Assembly (NCBI RefSeq): GCF_006345805.1
Contig: NC_043000.1
Span: 49,600,001-49,664,000 of the forward strand
From: Octopus sinensis
Taxonomy: Eukaryota
Direction: 5' to 3'
Length of the DNA: 64,000 nt
A program made the position numbers and the translations under genes. This document shows positions 1-13,667 of this stretch, one piece after another. How positions within the stretch are numbered: position 1 is the first letter of the stretch; every line of letters starts with the position of its first letter. A model generated the notes under the pieces. It was not told the origin of the DNA and did no database searches. It worked only from the letters and a program-made list of their open reading frames with translations.

Positions 1-974
1 GAAATAAATAAATAAGTAAATACGCCCGAGTGATATAGGAAGAGAGAAAGATAAGAATGGATAGTGAGAATGAGAGCACAAGAGAGAGGGACAAGAAAGT
101 AAGAGATTATTTATTAAAGGGGAGTCAGTTAATTGTTAGTTAACATATTGATTGGAACCAAAAGAAATTGGAAAATGAATATAAACACAAATACATACAT
201 AAATATGAGTAGGTCATGACCCCACACAGGATAGGTATGCAAAGGTCATTTTGTATATTTCAAAAGGACTAATTCTAAACACACATACCTTTTTTAAACA
301 CACACACATATATATGCACTCACACTCTTATATACCTGCATAGATTTCATTTAATTCTGTTAGAGGTAATTGCTATCTAAATTATGGTAAATGTTAACTC
401 CAAAGCAGATGGAAACCAAAATAACAAACATAAAGCACAGGGAGAATTCAAAATCTTTTTATTTTCTCATTTTACTATTATTCCAATAATAATCTGCTTT
501 ATTTTGTGATTTCTATATCACAATAATTACCTATTATTACAATGAGTTTTAGAACTTTGAGTCAGTTAACCTTTAATAGCGATAAACTCTCTAAATCCCG
601 TTATAAATCTATTATCTTGTTTTATAAAGTAATTTGGACTTATGTTTTGTAAATATCAGTTGCATGAAACAAATTTCACAAGTTGGTATTTACAAGTTAT
701 GAATTTACTAATAAAACTTCAGCCTCATTTTTTTACAAATTGGAACTTCAACTCCCAAATGCCAAATCACTAACCAAGCATTCTTATTTCTAGATCTTAC
801 TTTAACACATGTAATATATAAACATACAAACCTTCTGTATAATTTATACATACATACATATATATACATATATACACACACACACACTTACACTCATACA
901 CATCCACACATCAAGCTCACCAGCCCATATCCACATGCACACACACACACTCTTGCATACACATGCACACACAC

Positions 975-1210
975 TTTCGTTTTGGGATCACCAATACATT
1001 ATTACCTCCCATTCTTCCTACCTCTCCTGTCTCACTACCTCTAAAGCTTTTTTTATTCTCACTTTATATATTTTCTCGTGTTCCTTTCTGTTGATGAGCA
1101 TAGGCTCGAAACATAAAAGACTTTCTCACCTTCCAGAGCATTAAACTAATACACCTGCTTGTTGTTTATATGCCTGTCTTTAGCTGTTGATTTTTGGTAA
1201 ATTCCAACTA
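975..1210 (+). mobile_element. Penelope-like element terminal remnant carrying a hammerhead-like motif (copy 1)
   Basis: Aligns by eye with 22444-22720 (GTTTTGGGATCACC...CTTCCTA...GAGCATAGGCTCGAAACATAAA...CTAATACACCTGCTTG). Contains CTGTTGATGAGC-ATAG-GCTCGAAAC at 1088-1112, the layout of the minimal hammerheads known from Penelope-like element termini. The class assignment is inference. Confidence 0.5.
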
Positions 1211-1330
1211 TATATGTGTATATATATATTTATTATATATGTATATATATTTATTATATTATGTATGTATATATACATGTGAGTATATATATATATATAT
1301 ATATATGCTATATATATGTTGTATATATGT

Positions 1331-1361
<31 letters not shown>

Positions 1362-1447
1362 TATATATATATATGTGTTATATATATATATTATATATAT
1401 ATATGTATATATGTATTATACATGTATATATGTGTATATATATATAC
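1211..1447. repeat. Degenerate (TA)n microsatellite
   Basis: Direct reading; source of the YI-repeat ORFs. Confidence 0.95.
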
Positions 1448-1450
1448 ACA

Positions 1451-1590
1451 TAGCGGTTCGGCAAAAGAGACCGATAGAATAAGTACTGGGCTTACAAAAG
1501 AATAAGTGCCGGGGTCGAGTTGCTCGATTAAAGGCGGTGCTCCAGCATGGCCGCAGTTCAAATGACTGAAATAAGTAAAAGAGTAAAAGA
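1451..1590 (+). mobile_element. SINE family A, 3' module only
   Basis: TAGCGGTTCGGCAAAAGAGACCGATAGAATAAGTACT...AATGACTGAAA..GTAAAAGAGTAAAAGA matches the 3' half of the 17501-17910 copy. Confidence 0.85.
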
Positions 1591-1593
1591 GAG

Positions 1594-1628
<35 letters not shown>

Positions 1629-1699
1629 TAGATAGATAGATAGATATGCCTGGCTGGCTCCCCATGGCGGTGGCATGTAAAATGCACCATCCTAATAAT

Positions 1700-2141
<442 letters not shown>

Positions 2142-2500
2142 ATAACATGGATCATGGTCATAATTTCTGATTGTGAGTATTCAACTGAGAATTCTTACAT
2201 GCTAATCCAGATTCATTGTATTAGCAAGTAATAGGCAATATAGTGCACATATAGAGGTAACTTCATTCAATTCTCAAGTGGATTCCAGGTATCTTTATAA
2301 GAAAAGGGTTGTGGAAAGCTGTAACATAACTGATTCAATCCTTCAGATTGACTTCCATACGATGGGTATCTACCCGGTTTCACTCTCAATGTTTTAGTCA
2401 ACTTAATGACAGAAAAACACCTGCCCAAAACACCACACAGTGGAATTGAAACTGGTACCTCATGATTGTGAATCAACCATTCATTTATTCTGTACCTACA

Positions 2501-2531
<31 letters not shown>

Positions 2532-2611
2532 TGTATGTATGTATGCATGGGTGTATGTTTGTACATATGTATGCAAGGGTGTATGCATGAATACATATAT
2601 GTATACATGTG

Positions 2612-2656
<45 letters not shown>

Positions 2657-3295
2657 ATGAAAATATTCACGTAAGTATAGTTGTCATTGTCCTTATTGTA
2701 TAAAATGATGTTCTCATATAATTGATTGTATTGTTACATAAGCTAAGTTTCGATACAATAGCAATTTTAATATAATTGAAGAGATTTATGATATCAATCA
2801 ATAACTTTAACAAGTGTATATGTCTATGTTAGATGTTTGTGTGTGTATGTGTGAATACACATATGCGTGTCTGTGTGTGCATGCTTTAGATGTGCACATG
2901 TTATAACCTATTCAGTTTTAGGAGGGAAACCATGTGCAACATCAATCTAAACTTTTATTTAGCTCAGTATCTTCAACAGAAATAATTTCAAAGAGGCTTT
3001 GCTTAATCATTGCAAAAGTGGTAAGGAACTTCTATGCAGTCATAAGGTATGCTAGAAATATCAGTCAAAGAACTTTTAAATCACACAGTTTTCTTAACAA
3101 AAAGAAGAGTACCCTATCAATGTCATCAGTATCATCTTATAAAAACAAAATGATGGAATAGTCACAACTGAAACGCCATTATTAGCATTTTGCTTGATCA
3201 GAGTTGACTACGGAGGGAGGGTGGCAAACAAAAATAAGAAAATAGCTATTTCATTAAAGTTTATTTATTTGTTCTATCTCAGGATTTCTATCTCA

Positions 3296-3600
3296 CATCA
3301 TCATCATCACTGTTTAATGTCCTCCTTCCATGTTGGTATGGGTTGGATGGTTTGACAGGAACTGGCCAAGCAGAAGCTTGCACCATACTTCTGTGTCTGT
3401 TTTGGCACAGTTTTTATGGTTGGATGCCCTTCCTAACACTAACCACCTCACAGAGTGGACTGAGTGCTTCTTACGTGGCACTAGCACTGGTGAGGTCAGT
3501 TTTGGCTTAGTTTTTACAGTAGGATGTCTTCTAAATGCCAACCACTTTACAGTGTGGACTAGATGCTTTTTAAGAAGCACTAGTACTGGCAGGGTCACCA
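3296..3600 (-). mobile_element. SINE-like family B (GAT tail), older diverged copy
   Basis: CATCATCATC tail followed by CCATGTTGGTATGGGTTGGA...TGGATGCCCTTCCTAAC...; shared with the 20279, 26135 and 42838 copies. Confidence 0.7.
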
Positions 3601-3671
3601 AATGACTTCGAAAGACAAGGAATCTTTGAGAGAACAGGGGACATTGGACATGCAGTTGCTATTAAGTTCAA

Positions 3672-3881
3672 CCCTTTAGCATTTATGCATACCAAAATAT
3701 TCTACCTGTTTTATGTTCAAACTAGTTAGATCTGGCCTCTCACACTTACCTTACAATATTATTCTAAAAATATACACTCATGTCATTGAAATTTTAAAGC
3801 TACAAGATAATGCATGACTAATTCACATCGATGTGAATAAATGAGTATTACACTTGACAGGATAATCTAAATTCTAAAGGG
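3672..3881. mobile_element. piggyBac-like MITE, copy 1 (210 bp)
   Basis: Ends CCCTTTAG (3672) and CTAAAGGG (3874-3881), flanked by TCAA and TTAA. The interior is the reverse complement of 60545-60762. Confidence 0.7.
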
Positions 3882-5707
3882 TTAATTCCATATTATCCCT
3901 GCATCATCTTATTATCTTGTATGGTCATAGCATATTTTAGATTTTATATAACTCTTTGTTATCAAGTCTTTGGTTTATGCTTTCTTTCTTTTATCTCAGA
4001 TGCCTCCCAGCAGTGATTCACTAAATTTTAGCTCTCACATATTATATACATAGCCATGTCAGAGCAAGCAACTTTTCTGCCACTATAAGCAAATGACTTT
4101 GATCAGTAGACACTTTTTTCATACTCTAGTATTTCAGACAAAATTTGAATTTTAAAATAGGTTTATTTATTTATCTATTTATTTATTTAACTATTTATTT
4201 ATTTAACATAATTGACAGTGAATGAAATAACTTAACATGAGATTTATTTTCTACACTGAACTAAGTTCATTTTGTACTTACTCTCTCAGTGACAAACTTA
4301 TTTTTTTTCTTCTGCTTGGCAGCCAATCAATTGGTTAAGATCAAAATCTAGATTTTTTTTTTTATTATATGCCTTGCTTAGCAATAAAAACATGCTTTCT
4401 GAACAGAGAATTTTTTTTTCCTTCATTATTAAGTTTCAAAACATATAACTATGAAATGTTGTCACCTAACTAAAAATACATGTGACATGTTTCCATGGAC
4501 AGAATGTGAGTAGAAATATACCAGATAAAATAAGATACAACGACTTCTATCACAAGAGGTCACAAATTCAGGGAGAAAGAAATGTCAATTAAATCAACCA
4601 CAATACTTGATTGATACTTATTTTATTGGACCTAGAAAAATGAAAAGCATGATGAAATTCAAACTCAGAATATGACAAAATAATCACATGGTCTTTTATC
4701 TGATAATCTACTGACTCTGCCTATAATATCGCTCTCTAAAAATGAAGTTAAGTTGCTAGACTATTGACCACATGATTGTAAGATTAAACCTTGGTACATC
4801 TTTTGTGGCGTGCTGCTGAGCAAGACATTTTAGTCTGTTTGATAAAGAATTATCAAGAAAAATTACTCAGGAAGGCATTCTGCATGAAAAACAAACAGTT
4901 AAGTGTGTGTGGTAACACAATGAAGTGAGCTGAAAATGTTTAATTAATTAGGATCACAACCGACGAGAGTAGAAAAATAAAGCTATTAACTTAATTATTA
5001 ATTCTATACAAGAAAGGTAGAAGAGGCAACTCCAAAATTTCAATTAATCAAAAGTGAATGAGGGCTTATAGAGAAGAATAAATCTTATCTTCAGTAGGTG
5101 TAAGGACAGCTCCAGACATCTCTTGGTCTTATTTACTCCTCTTAACCATCTAAGATATGATAAGGGTGGGTAATAAAATTACCCTCCTCACTGAGGAGGC
5201 CTAAGCCTATGACATCCAAAGTTGTCACCATATTTACCAACTCATTTACCATGACATATATTTAGTTTTAAAACCAGCCAACTTGAAACTGCCCCTGCTT
5301 CTATGATATGCAATTCTTTGTTTTAAGTGATCTAAATTAAAACATTTCATCAAAATTTCATGCTAATTTATCTTCAAAATACCATATTGATACTGATAAG
5401 AATTTTTATTAATATTGATAAAATATTTTATTAACACTGACAAAATATTTTACTAAAGTCATCATTATTTTCAAAATTAGTTGCAACAAAACATTGTATT
5501 TTAACAAAAATATAACAAAAGTGTTAAATCATAAAAAATTTCTGAGTTGTCTCCCTGTACATTTTTCACCCACAATTAATCATTAAGTTAATGGGTGTTT
5601 TTTTTTTCCTTCTAATTGAGAATGTAATTTTCATTAATTAAAATGCTTTTGGCTTGTTGCATTAAGTATATTAGCTTCAACTTCAGTATTTACACATGTT
5701 TGTCAGA

Positions 5708-5851
5708 CTGACGGAAAAAAATAAAAAAAGCTTTCTCTTTTATTTTGCAGGTAAGTAACACAAAGTCAGAAAACTATCCATGATTGTTCCAGAGAAAAAA
5801 AAAATTGAAAGAAAGAGCATCCAATCTCAGTGAGCATTGGTGAAGGTATGT
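5708..5851 (+). promoter_or_regulatory. Candidate recursive splice site (CAG|GTAAGT) with a 95-nt RS-exon
   Basis: CTGAC branch-like motif at 5708-5712; pyrimidine tract CTTTCTCTTTTATTTTGCAG at 5731-5750 directly followed by GTAAGT (5751-5756); downstream donor GAAG|GTATGT at 5846. Confidence 0.5.
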
Positions 5852-7856
5852 CAAATTTAAAATAAAAAGAGTCTTTACAAAAAGAAGACAACAAAAAATT
5901 GACATTTAGAACTTAATAAACATTTAGATTTTAATCTAAATAACTTTGAGGTGCTTTTTCTTTTCTTCTTGAAGTACAAGCTACAGGAGAAAAGAAGAAA
6001 TTTTAACATTTGATTTTATTCTGCAAGTAAATTATACATTTAGTTCCAAGTTCTTATTCTAGTGAAAATCAGAAAAAATTCAAGATGAATTTTATTTGAT
6101 TTCAATGACTAGTTTTCTATACTACAATGAAATTTTGTAACCATGGAATTAAGATCAGCATGTTACCTTGGTGATAATTTTACTACCTGGCAACGAATAC
6201 TGACAAAACAGTATGACCCTTATTGGCAGGGATTTTGTGTGAAATACAAAACTTTATACTCTACAACTTAACAATACAACTAATTAAATTTCTCTTATAA
6301 ATTATCACTGCAATTTCAGGGTCTTAACTAGACCAAATGAGAAAGAATTTAGCATAAATAAACAGCTTAAAACTAATTCCTGGAAAGGATAAGAATCATT
6401 TTGGAGATTAATGCCTGGTTTATTTTACCTTGGAAATGTAGAATAATATAGCATTGTTGCTACCATTCATTCCTAGTTTTAATCCAGAATACCCAAAGCT
6501 CATATAAGTGATTTAGTAGGGTGTGTTATTGTGATTTAGCTTCTACTAACTAAACTGATATTACATACATCAGCATTCTGTCATCTTTGAGACATCAATA
6601 TGCAACAAAAGTTCTTCCTGATAATCTTCAAGTTCCACATTGGAAAATAAAAGATAAATAAAGAATGAAAGAAAATTTAAACATTAACAACCTAATCTTA
6701 AATTACAATACACTTAACTATAAAAAAAAAAGCAAGTATATAAATAGATAAGTGAAAATAAATTTGACACAGCAGAAACTAGCTGAAGAATAAATCCTGT
6801 TATGTGAAGCCTTTCTTATCTTGTAATAAATTAAATTCTTCCCATCATGCTTGGCAGCTAGCTAAGCTATGACGTCAGTGCAGACTAAAATAAAAATCAA
6901 TCAACCAGTGCTATTTCTTTGGCAAAACACAGTTCAACAAACTCATTTGTTTCAATGCATATCCGCAGTAGGTCATTTCATCCATAAACAGCTTGATGCC
7001 CTCACCTAGAGACTGGCCAACCATTACACAAAAAAATTTTTTGCTTTACAATACTAACAACACATACACACACATACACACAACCACACACATATACATA
7101 CAGGCATACATACACATATGTATGTATATATGCATACATATATGTATATATACATAAATATAATATATATGTATATACTGACACATATATATACACATAC
7201 AAATATGTATATATGTACATATTCATTTATAACTACCAATATGTATGTATACATATATACCTACATATGTATGCATGTATGTGTACACATATATATATAC
7301 ATACATACATATATATGTATATATACATATATGCGCACATATATATATATACCTATAAACCTACTTATTTTATACATAGATATGCATATGTGTGTATGTA
7401 TGTACATACAGGTATATATATATATATGTGTGTGTGTTTGTGTAGAAGGTTGAAAAGGAACACATGAGTTGATATATATGGAAAAAAAAGTCAAGGTAGA
7501 AAATGCTAAAATAATTTTATAAAAAACATTTCAGTACCGGTTTCAGTCATTGAGACTTTTTCAACTGTAAGTATGGAAAACAATTAAATTTTGGAAAAAT
7601 TAAAAGAAAAGTTTAAAAAAAAAATAGTTGCATAGTATTCAAATACAAGGAGCATGTATATACAAACATACACATATATGTATACATATATACGGACATA
7701 TATGTATATATATGTACATATATACAGACATATATGATATATATACATGTGTATACATATGTATCATAAACTCATTTTCTATAATATCATCACCATTGCC
7801 ACCAACACTATTATCATTATGGCAACTTATCAATATATGAATATATACACGTGAGT

Positions 7857-8052
7857 CATCTAAGAGACCATAAGTTAGGGAAAAGATGCACTCATATATC
7901 TGTCAGTAGAGTGGGTATATTATCCGAAATGTATAGTATTAAATTTCCATCACGGCTGGTCTTACCAATCAGTTTTGCATAAAAAATACAATGGAGTATT
8001 AGGTAACAAACGGATTATATAACTCTATGCTCTTCAGAGGTAGCTGATATGG
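7857..8052. repeat. Unclassified dispersed repeat, copy 1
   Basis: CATCTAAGAG...AGTTAGG.AAAA.ATGCACTC.TATATCTGTCA.TAG.GTGGGTATATTA...CAGAGGTAGC.G.TATGGAA recurs at 17255-17441. Confidence 0.65.
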
Positions 8053-8446
8053 AAGGGAATATGGCAACTGCTCACTATTGTCGAAGGTGGATTAGCACAA
8101 CTGGTCAACAGCTGCTGTGGAAAAAGTGGTGGAACAAAAAAAGGAGCTAGGGGGTTAGTTTAGGAGTTATGTTATTTGGTTGGGTATGCTGTAAAGCTGA
8201 CAAGAGTTATTTTGAAGTAGGGAAAGTGTATATTATTAATGTGGTGTTCCTCTGGGGATGGGTTGTGTGATATGTGTAGCAGTAACATATGAATAATTTT
8301 TTGGTGGGGTGTATATAGCTGTCTTCATTGGCCATTTTTTCTGTAAAGGATAAAGTCATGGGGGGAAGGGGTTTATGTTTATGCATATATATATGTATAT
8401 GCAAATATATAAATGTAATTACATATATATGCAGACATATATATAA

Positions 8447-8478
<32 letters not shown>

Positions 8479-9939
8479 GCATATATATGCAGATACATGT
8501 ATATATATACATATATGCAGATATATGCAGATGTATATGTATATATGGAAAATGGACGTTAAACGATGATGATGATATACATATATATATGCATATATAT
8601 GTGTATATATGGTATGGTATATGGTAGTGGCATGTGCATATATATATATATATATATATATGCACATGCCACTGTCATATCACTGTTATACCAAATCAGT
8701 GCCACTAACATAGCACTATTATCAACCTCCAAATTGTTTTAGACTAAGTTTGACAGTTTGAAAATTCTTTGACCTAAATCAAGCTAATATTTTTAATATT
8801 TGATTAATAATCTGGAAAACAGTCATCAGAGTGCTGGACGGTCATTATTAATTATGCTTTCTTAGAGACTACTACTGCTGCTGCTACTGTTGCCACTACT
8901 ATTACTACTACTGTTTTTACATCATCAATGACCGGTGAAAATGAATTAGTAGGAGAATTATAAGAGTCAACATTACTTCTTAAGCAGACCAATATTGCAA
9001 TGATTAGTATGTATGTCATATATAGTTGATGATTGGAGAAAGAGGAGGAGGAGCAGGAATACTATAATGGTGGTGGTGGTGGTGGTGGTGGTGATTGGTG
9101 AGGGTTTACAGTATAACATTTCGTAGACACACATATGAATATACATATAAATCTATGTGTAAATATCTCAACAAATGCTCACGTACTTACTGTAAATATA
9201 CATAAAAGTTCTGCCAAAGCCTGTGACTTTGATGTTATTGTGATCACAAGATTGTAGCTTCTGTATTCCCTGCTCTATAATTAAGTATTATAACTGACCA
9301 GTTAGCCATCACGGAACTCAGATGGTTGTTAGCTTTATCATTGATTTCACATTTTGATTTACTGTTCCCGCTCCTTATGTAGTGGCTTTATTCACCGCCC
9401 TTTCATATCATCAGTTCATTAGCAAGAAGTAAGAGCGAATTCAATACTTTATATTCATGAAGAAGTCAACCTTGAGCCAAGCAGTAGTTTTTAAATACAC
9501 ATGTTTGCAAAATGAATTTAAATAGGCCATAAAATTGCAGGCAAGTTTCTGAATCAGGCTCACAACGTTTTCTCTACTTTGGGATTTAAAAGGTGTCAAT
9601 GATATTTTATGAGATTTCAAATTCAAACATTATGCTAACTTTGCTTGGCTTGATTTACAATAGCCTCTTTTATTTAGTATGAGAAACGTCTCCCTGTTGT
9701 GTCTAATGGAAAGCCCATTTGTAGAATTTGAAATGTAGCCTATAATATATTAATCTCTTAGTTGTTAGTGCCTTCCTGATCAATATTATATAAAATTAGC
9801 CCAAATGACTGTCAAAGGTTACCAAGTTATTAGAATTGATAAATAGAAACTATCAATCATGAAACAAAATTAATCACATCCAGCCTCTCCCACCATAGAC
9901 ATATTTTGTATGTTATGATATACATAAACACGTTTTTTC

Positions 9940-9974
<35 letters not shown>

Positions 9975-10759
9975 TCTCTCTCTCTCTATCTGGGTCTCCC
10001 TCCTTGTATAATCACATACATACAAATAAATAAATGTATGTGTGTGTGTGTGTGTGTAAAGATTGTATATACACATATCTAAATATATATTTGTATATAT
10101 ATATATCATTGTCATCATCATGTAATGTCTATGTTCCATAGTGACACATGTTAGACAATTTCACAGGTTCCAATGAACTGAAAGATAGCATTGCGTTCCA
10201 GTGTTTATTAGCTATGGTTTCCATGGCCAGATGCTGTTCCTAATGCAAACCACTTTACAGCATGTACACTCATACACACACACACACACACACACACAAC
10301 ACACACACACACACACACACACATGCATACATGGGTAAAAATTTGGCTGAATGTTTAAGAAGTTATAAATGCAGGCATGAGTGTCTGATAAAGAAGTTCA
10401 CTTCAGAACCACATGGTTCCAGAGTCAACCTCACTGTATGGCACCTTGGGTGAGTGAGTGTCTTCTACCATAGCCTGAAGCTTATCAATACTTTGTAAAT
10501 GAATCTGGTGATTGCTAGAAGCTCATTATACACATTTGTGTGTATTTTCTATGTCTTTGCTGAATTTGGTTTAATCAAAGTTGATTGCCTTTATATGTAG
10601 CACTCAATACAAAATTCAAGTGAAGTGTCTCATACGTTTTACTTATTAATTTGCACTGTGATCATTTTGACAACCTGGTGTAGAAATGATCATAAAGCAA
10701 ACTATTAAATAGAGACTATATCTAGGTATGTCTGTGTGTATGTATGCTTATTTACAAAT

Positions 10760-10908
10760 GCAGGCATGGCTGTATGGCTTAAAAGATTTATTCTACAATC
10801 ACATGATTTGGGGTCCAGTCCCACTGCATAGCACCTTAGGTATGTTTTCTACTATAACTCTAGGCCGACCAAAGCCTTGAGATTGGATCTGGTACACAGA
10901 AACTGAAA
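10760..10908 (+). mobile_element. SINE family A, 5' module, diverged
   Basis: tRNA-like head GGCATGGCTGTATGG...GGGTCCAGTCCCACTGC, then ACCTTAGG...GGCCGACCAAAGCCTTG. Confidence 0.75.
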
Positions 10909-11013
10909 AAATGTCCAGTGTGTGTGTGTGCTCATCTTAACATCATCATGCAATAGAGTTACCAACAAATATCATAGTCATGCAAGTTGTGTTATTCATC
11001 TGCAATCTTCAGT

Positions 11014-11178
11014 GGAGTGACTGTGTGGTAAGTAGCTTGCTTACCAACTACATGGTTCCAAGTTCAGTCCCACTGCGTGGCACCTTGGGCAAGTATCTTC
11101 TACTATAGCCGCAGGCCAACCAAAGCCTTGTGAGTGGATTTGGTAGACGGAAACTGAAAGAAGCCCATTGTATGTATG

Positions 11179-11237
<59 letters not shown>

Positions 11238-11369
11238 GTGTCTGTGTGTATGTTTGTGTGTCTGTGTTTGTCCTACCAATATTGCTTAACAACCAATGCT
11301 GGTGTGTTTACGTCTCCGTAACTTAGCAGTTCAGTAAAAGAGACTGATAGAATAAGTACTAGGCTTACA
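11014..11369 (+). mobile_element. SINE family A, 3'-truncated, with internal (TA)n
   Basis: Head, GAAACTGAAAGAAGCCC, a (TA)n/(TG)n tract and a 3' module ending AGGCTTACA. Confidence 0.85.
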
Positions 11370-12051
11370 ATCAGTCTCAATGAAATTCATCTGATCCATG
11401 AAAGCATAGAAAAGTAGACATTATGCTGATGATGATGATAACTAAGTAGTGTTCAGGTATATCCAAAAACTTAAATTCCAACTACTTCATCTAGGGCAGG
11501 TAGGTTTATTATATGATGCTGACTATAAGAAAGATCTGCATTGAGCAAAATGGAAGTAAAAAAAAAACATAAACAAAAGAGTAAGTGCAAGAAGTGCATT
11601 TATATGGAAAGTTGCATATATAAATAAATGGTGCATTCAAGCCCAACCTTTACAGCTATTTCAAGTAAACAAAATCTGGTACCATAACCATATGTATTAT
11701 GTAATAAGGACTAATAATATTGTAGGTGTATTGATTAACATGGATCTTGAAAGATCCATGATGCACAATGCAAAACCATGTTATCCTTGTCAAAGATCTC
11801 TGGCATATATATATTTCCAAGGAATCTAATGCTCTTAGCTTAGATTTTCCTTGGGGCTGGCCAGATTGGAGCAATCTCAAGATTAATCAGCCAAAATTGC
11901 GAGGATGATCTGGTTCTTGACTGAGGATAAAAGGCTTTGAATGACCCATCCTTGTTTTTTTGTATCGTCTATCTGGATGTTTTGTTGTCCCTTTTTGTAT
12001 CACCTAGTTGTCCGGACGTTTTGTGTGCTTGTCCCATTTTGTATTTTATAC

Positions 12052-12103
<52 letters not shown>

Positions 12104-12111
12104 TATATATA

Positions 12112-12260
12112 ACAGGCTGCCACACAGTTTTCATCTACCAAATTTTTCACAGGGCATTGATCAGTCAGGAACTATAGTAGAAGGCACTTACCTAAGTTGT
12201 TGTGCAGTGGGACTGAATCTGAAGTCTTATGTGTGTGAAGTGAACCTCTTAACTGTAAAG
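12112..12260 (-). mobile_element. SINE family A, 5' module, diverged
   Basis: Reverse complement of the head region (CAGTGGGACTGAA, CATCTACCAAAT). Confidence 0.7.
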
Positions 12261-13623
12261 TATTGCCTGAGTATACATATGTCATAAATAGGAGAGTGGT
12301 ACATATATAAAAAAAAAGCGAGGAGCTGGTCATTGTTGGAATACCTTAAATCATAGGTTTGCTCATTCAGGGACAAGTTTTCTTTAAACAACAAACATTA
12401 CAACAACATATTACAGTTAATCTTTGAGTCAAGAAAGTGACGGATCTTCAATCTTCCATCCTCCAACTGTCCTCTTCCTTTTGCAGGCAATTCATTTTAT
12501 TCATTCTTCATCTGAATTTGCCACATTTGTTTTCTGCTTATGTCAAGAGTATTCTTGTTAGCAACTCTCCATGCAGTGTGTATTACTTTATTTTTTTTCT
12601 CTTTTCCAGATGATTTCCTAGTTCAAAGCTTTTATTATTATTGTTATTTTTTGCCTTTGTTTGTACTGCCTTCAAATACTTTTTCTCTATTTAATACCTC
12701 AGTATTTCCTTTCTATTGTTTCTTTCTAACAAGGTATGACACTAAGAGTTGTTCACACATGCATTTAATTCCTTTGTTGCTTTTAAATTGATATAGTCTT
12801 TTTCTATAAAAAGATCCGGATGCACTTAGTGTCTTTTTTTTTTTATGAATACAATTTTCTTTATTTTTTTCATGATTCCCCAAATTCCAAGACAGACATG
12901 ACAAAGCAGTATTTTTTTTTTAATTCTATTTTTTTTTTTTTTACTTTTAGCCTCTTTTAGGACAACTATTTTCCAAGTGTATGTTATCCTTTTCAATGTC
13001 AGCTATTTAATCATATACCTAAAAGGAGAAAAAAAATGGGATTGAAATTGTTTCCTAAATTAGAAAATTAAGCCGGTAAATTTATCTGAAAGATATAGCG
13101 CAATGACACACAACAGCACATGACAGATACATTGTTTTCTGTAACATTTTTCAAAGCGTTCTTCTCATCAGACAAGATAATCCTTAGAAACTTGAAGCTA
13201 GTATCATTGTTTCTATGCCAATTTTCTGTTCTTTGTTCTGGAAACAGTCAAAACCAAAAGTCTTTGTGATAAGGTGATTGTCCTGTTATGGATTATTTGA
13301 CAATATTATGCAATACATTATTAGTGCATGTGTGTGTGTGAAGAGAGCATGGGGAGGTATAAAATAACCAATCATTTTCAAAGGAAAATAATGGTAGATT
13401 CATTATTTATTTACTTAAATTACTTTTCTTTAAAATCTGCTTAAGCACAGTAAGGATATTCTTTTTTGTTCTGTCTTTCTTAGATTAAGTCTCTCACCTT
13501 AAGAAATGAAAGTCATGATTCATGTCTTTCAGACATGTATTTACAGACATTAGTAGTTGTTTTGTAACCTTTGAACAAGTTTTATGTCTATCTCAATGTA
13601 TTTGTGTGTGTGTGTGTGCGTGC

Positions 13624-13667
<44 letters not shown>

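Noticed and set aside
11739-11760. Perfect 9-bp hairpin CATGGATCT-TGAA-AGATCCATG
   Set aside because: A stem of this length is expected by chance a few times in 64 kb of AT-rich DNA, and there is no supporting context.
12700-12740. Second possible recursive site, pyrimidine tract plus AAG|GTATGA at 12733/12734
   Set aside because: AAG acceptor, weaker donor, and a generally pyrimidine-rich neighbourhood; not distinguishable from background without RNA data.
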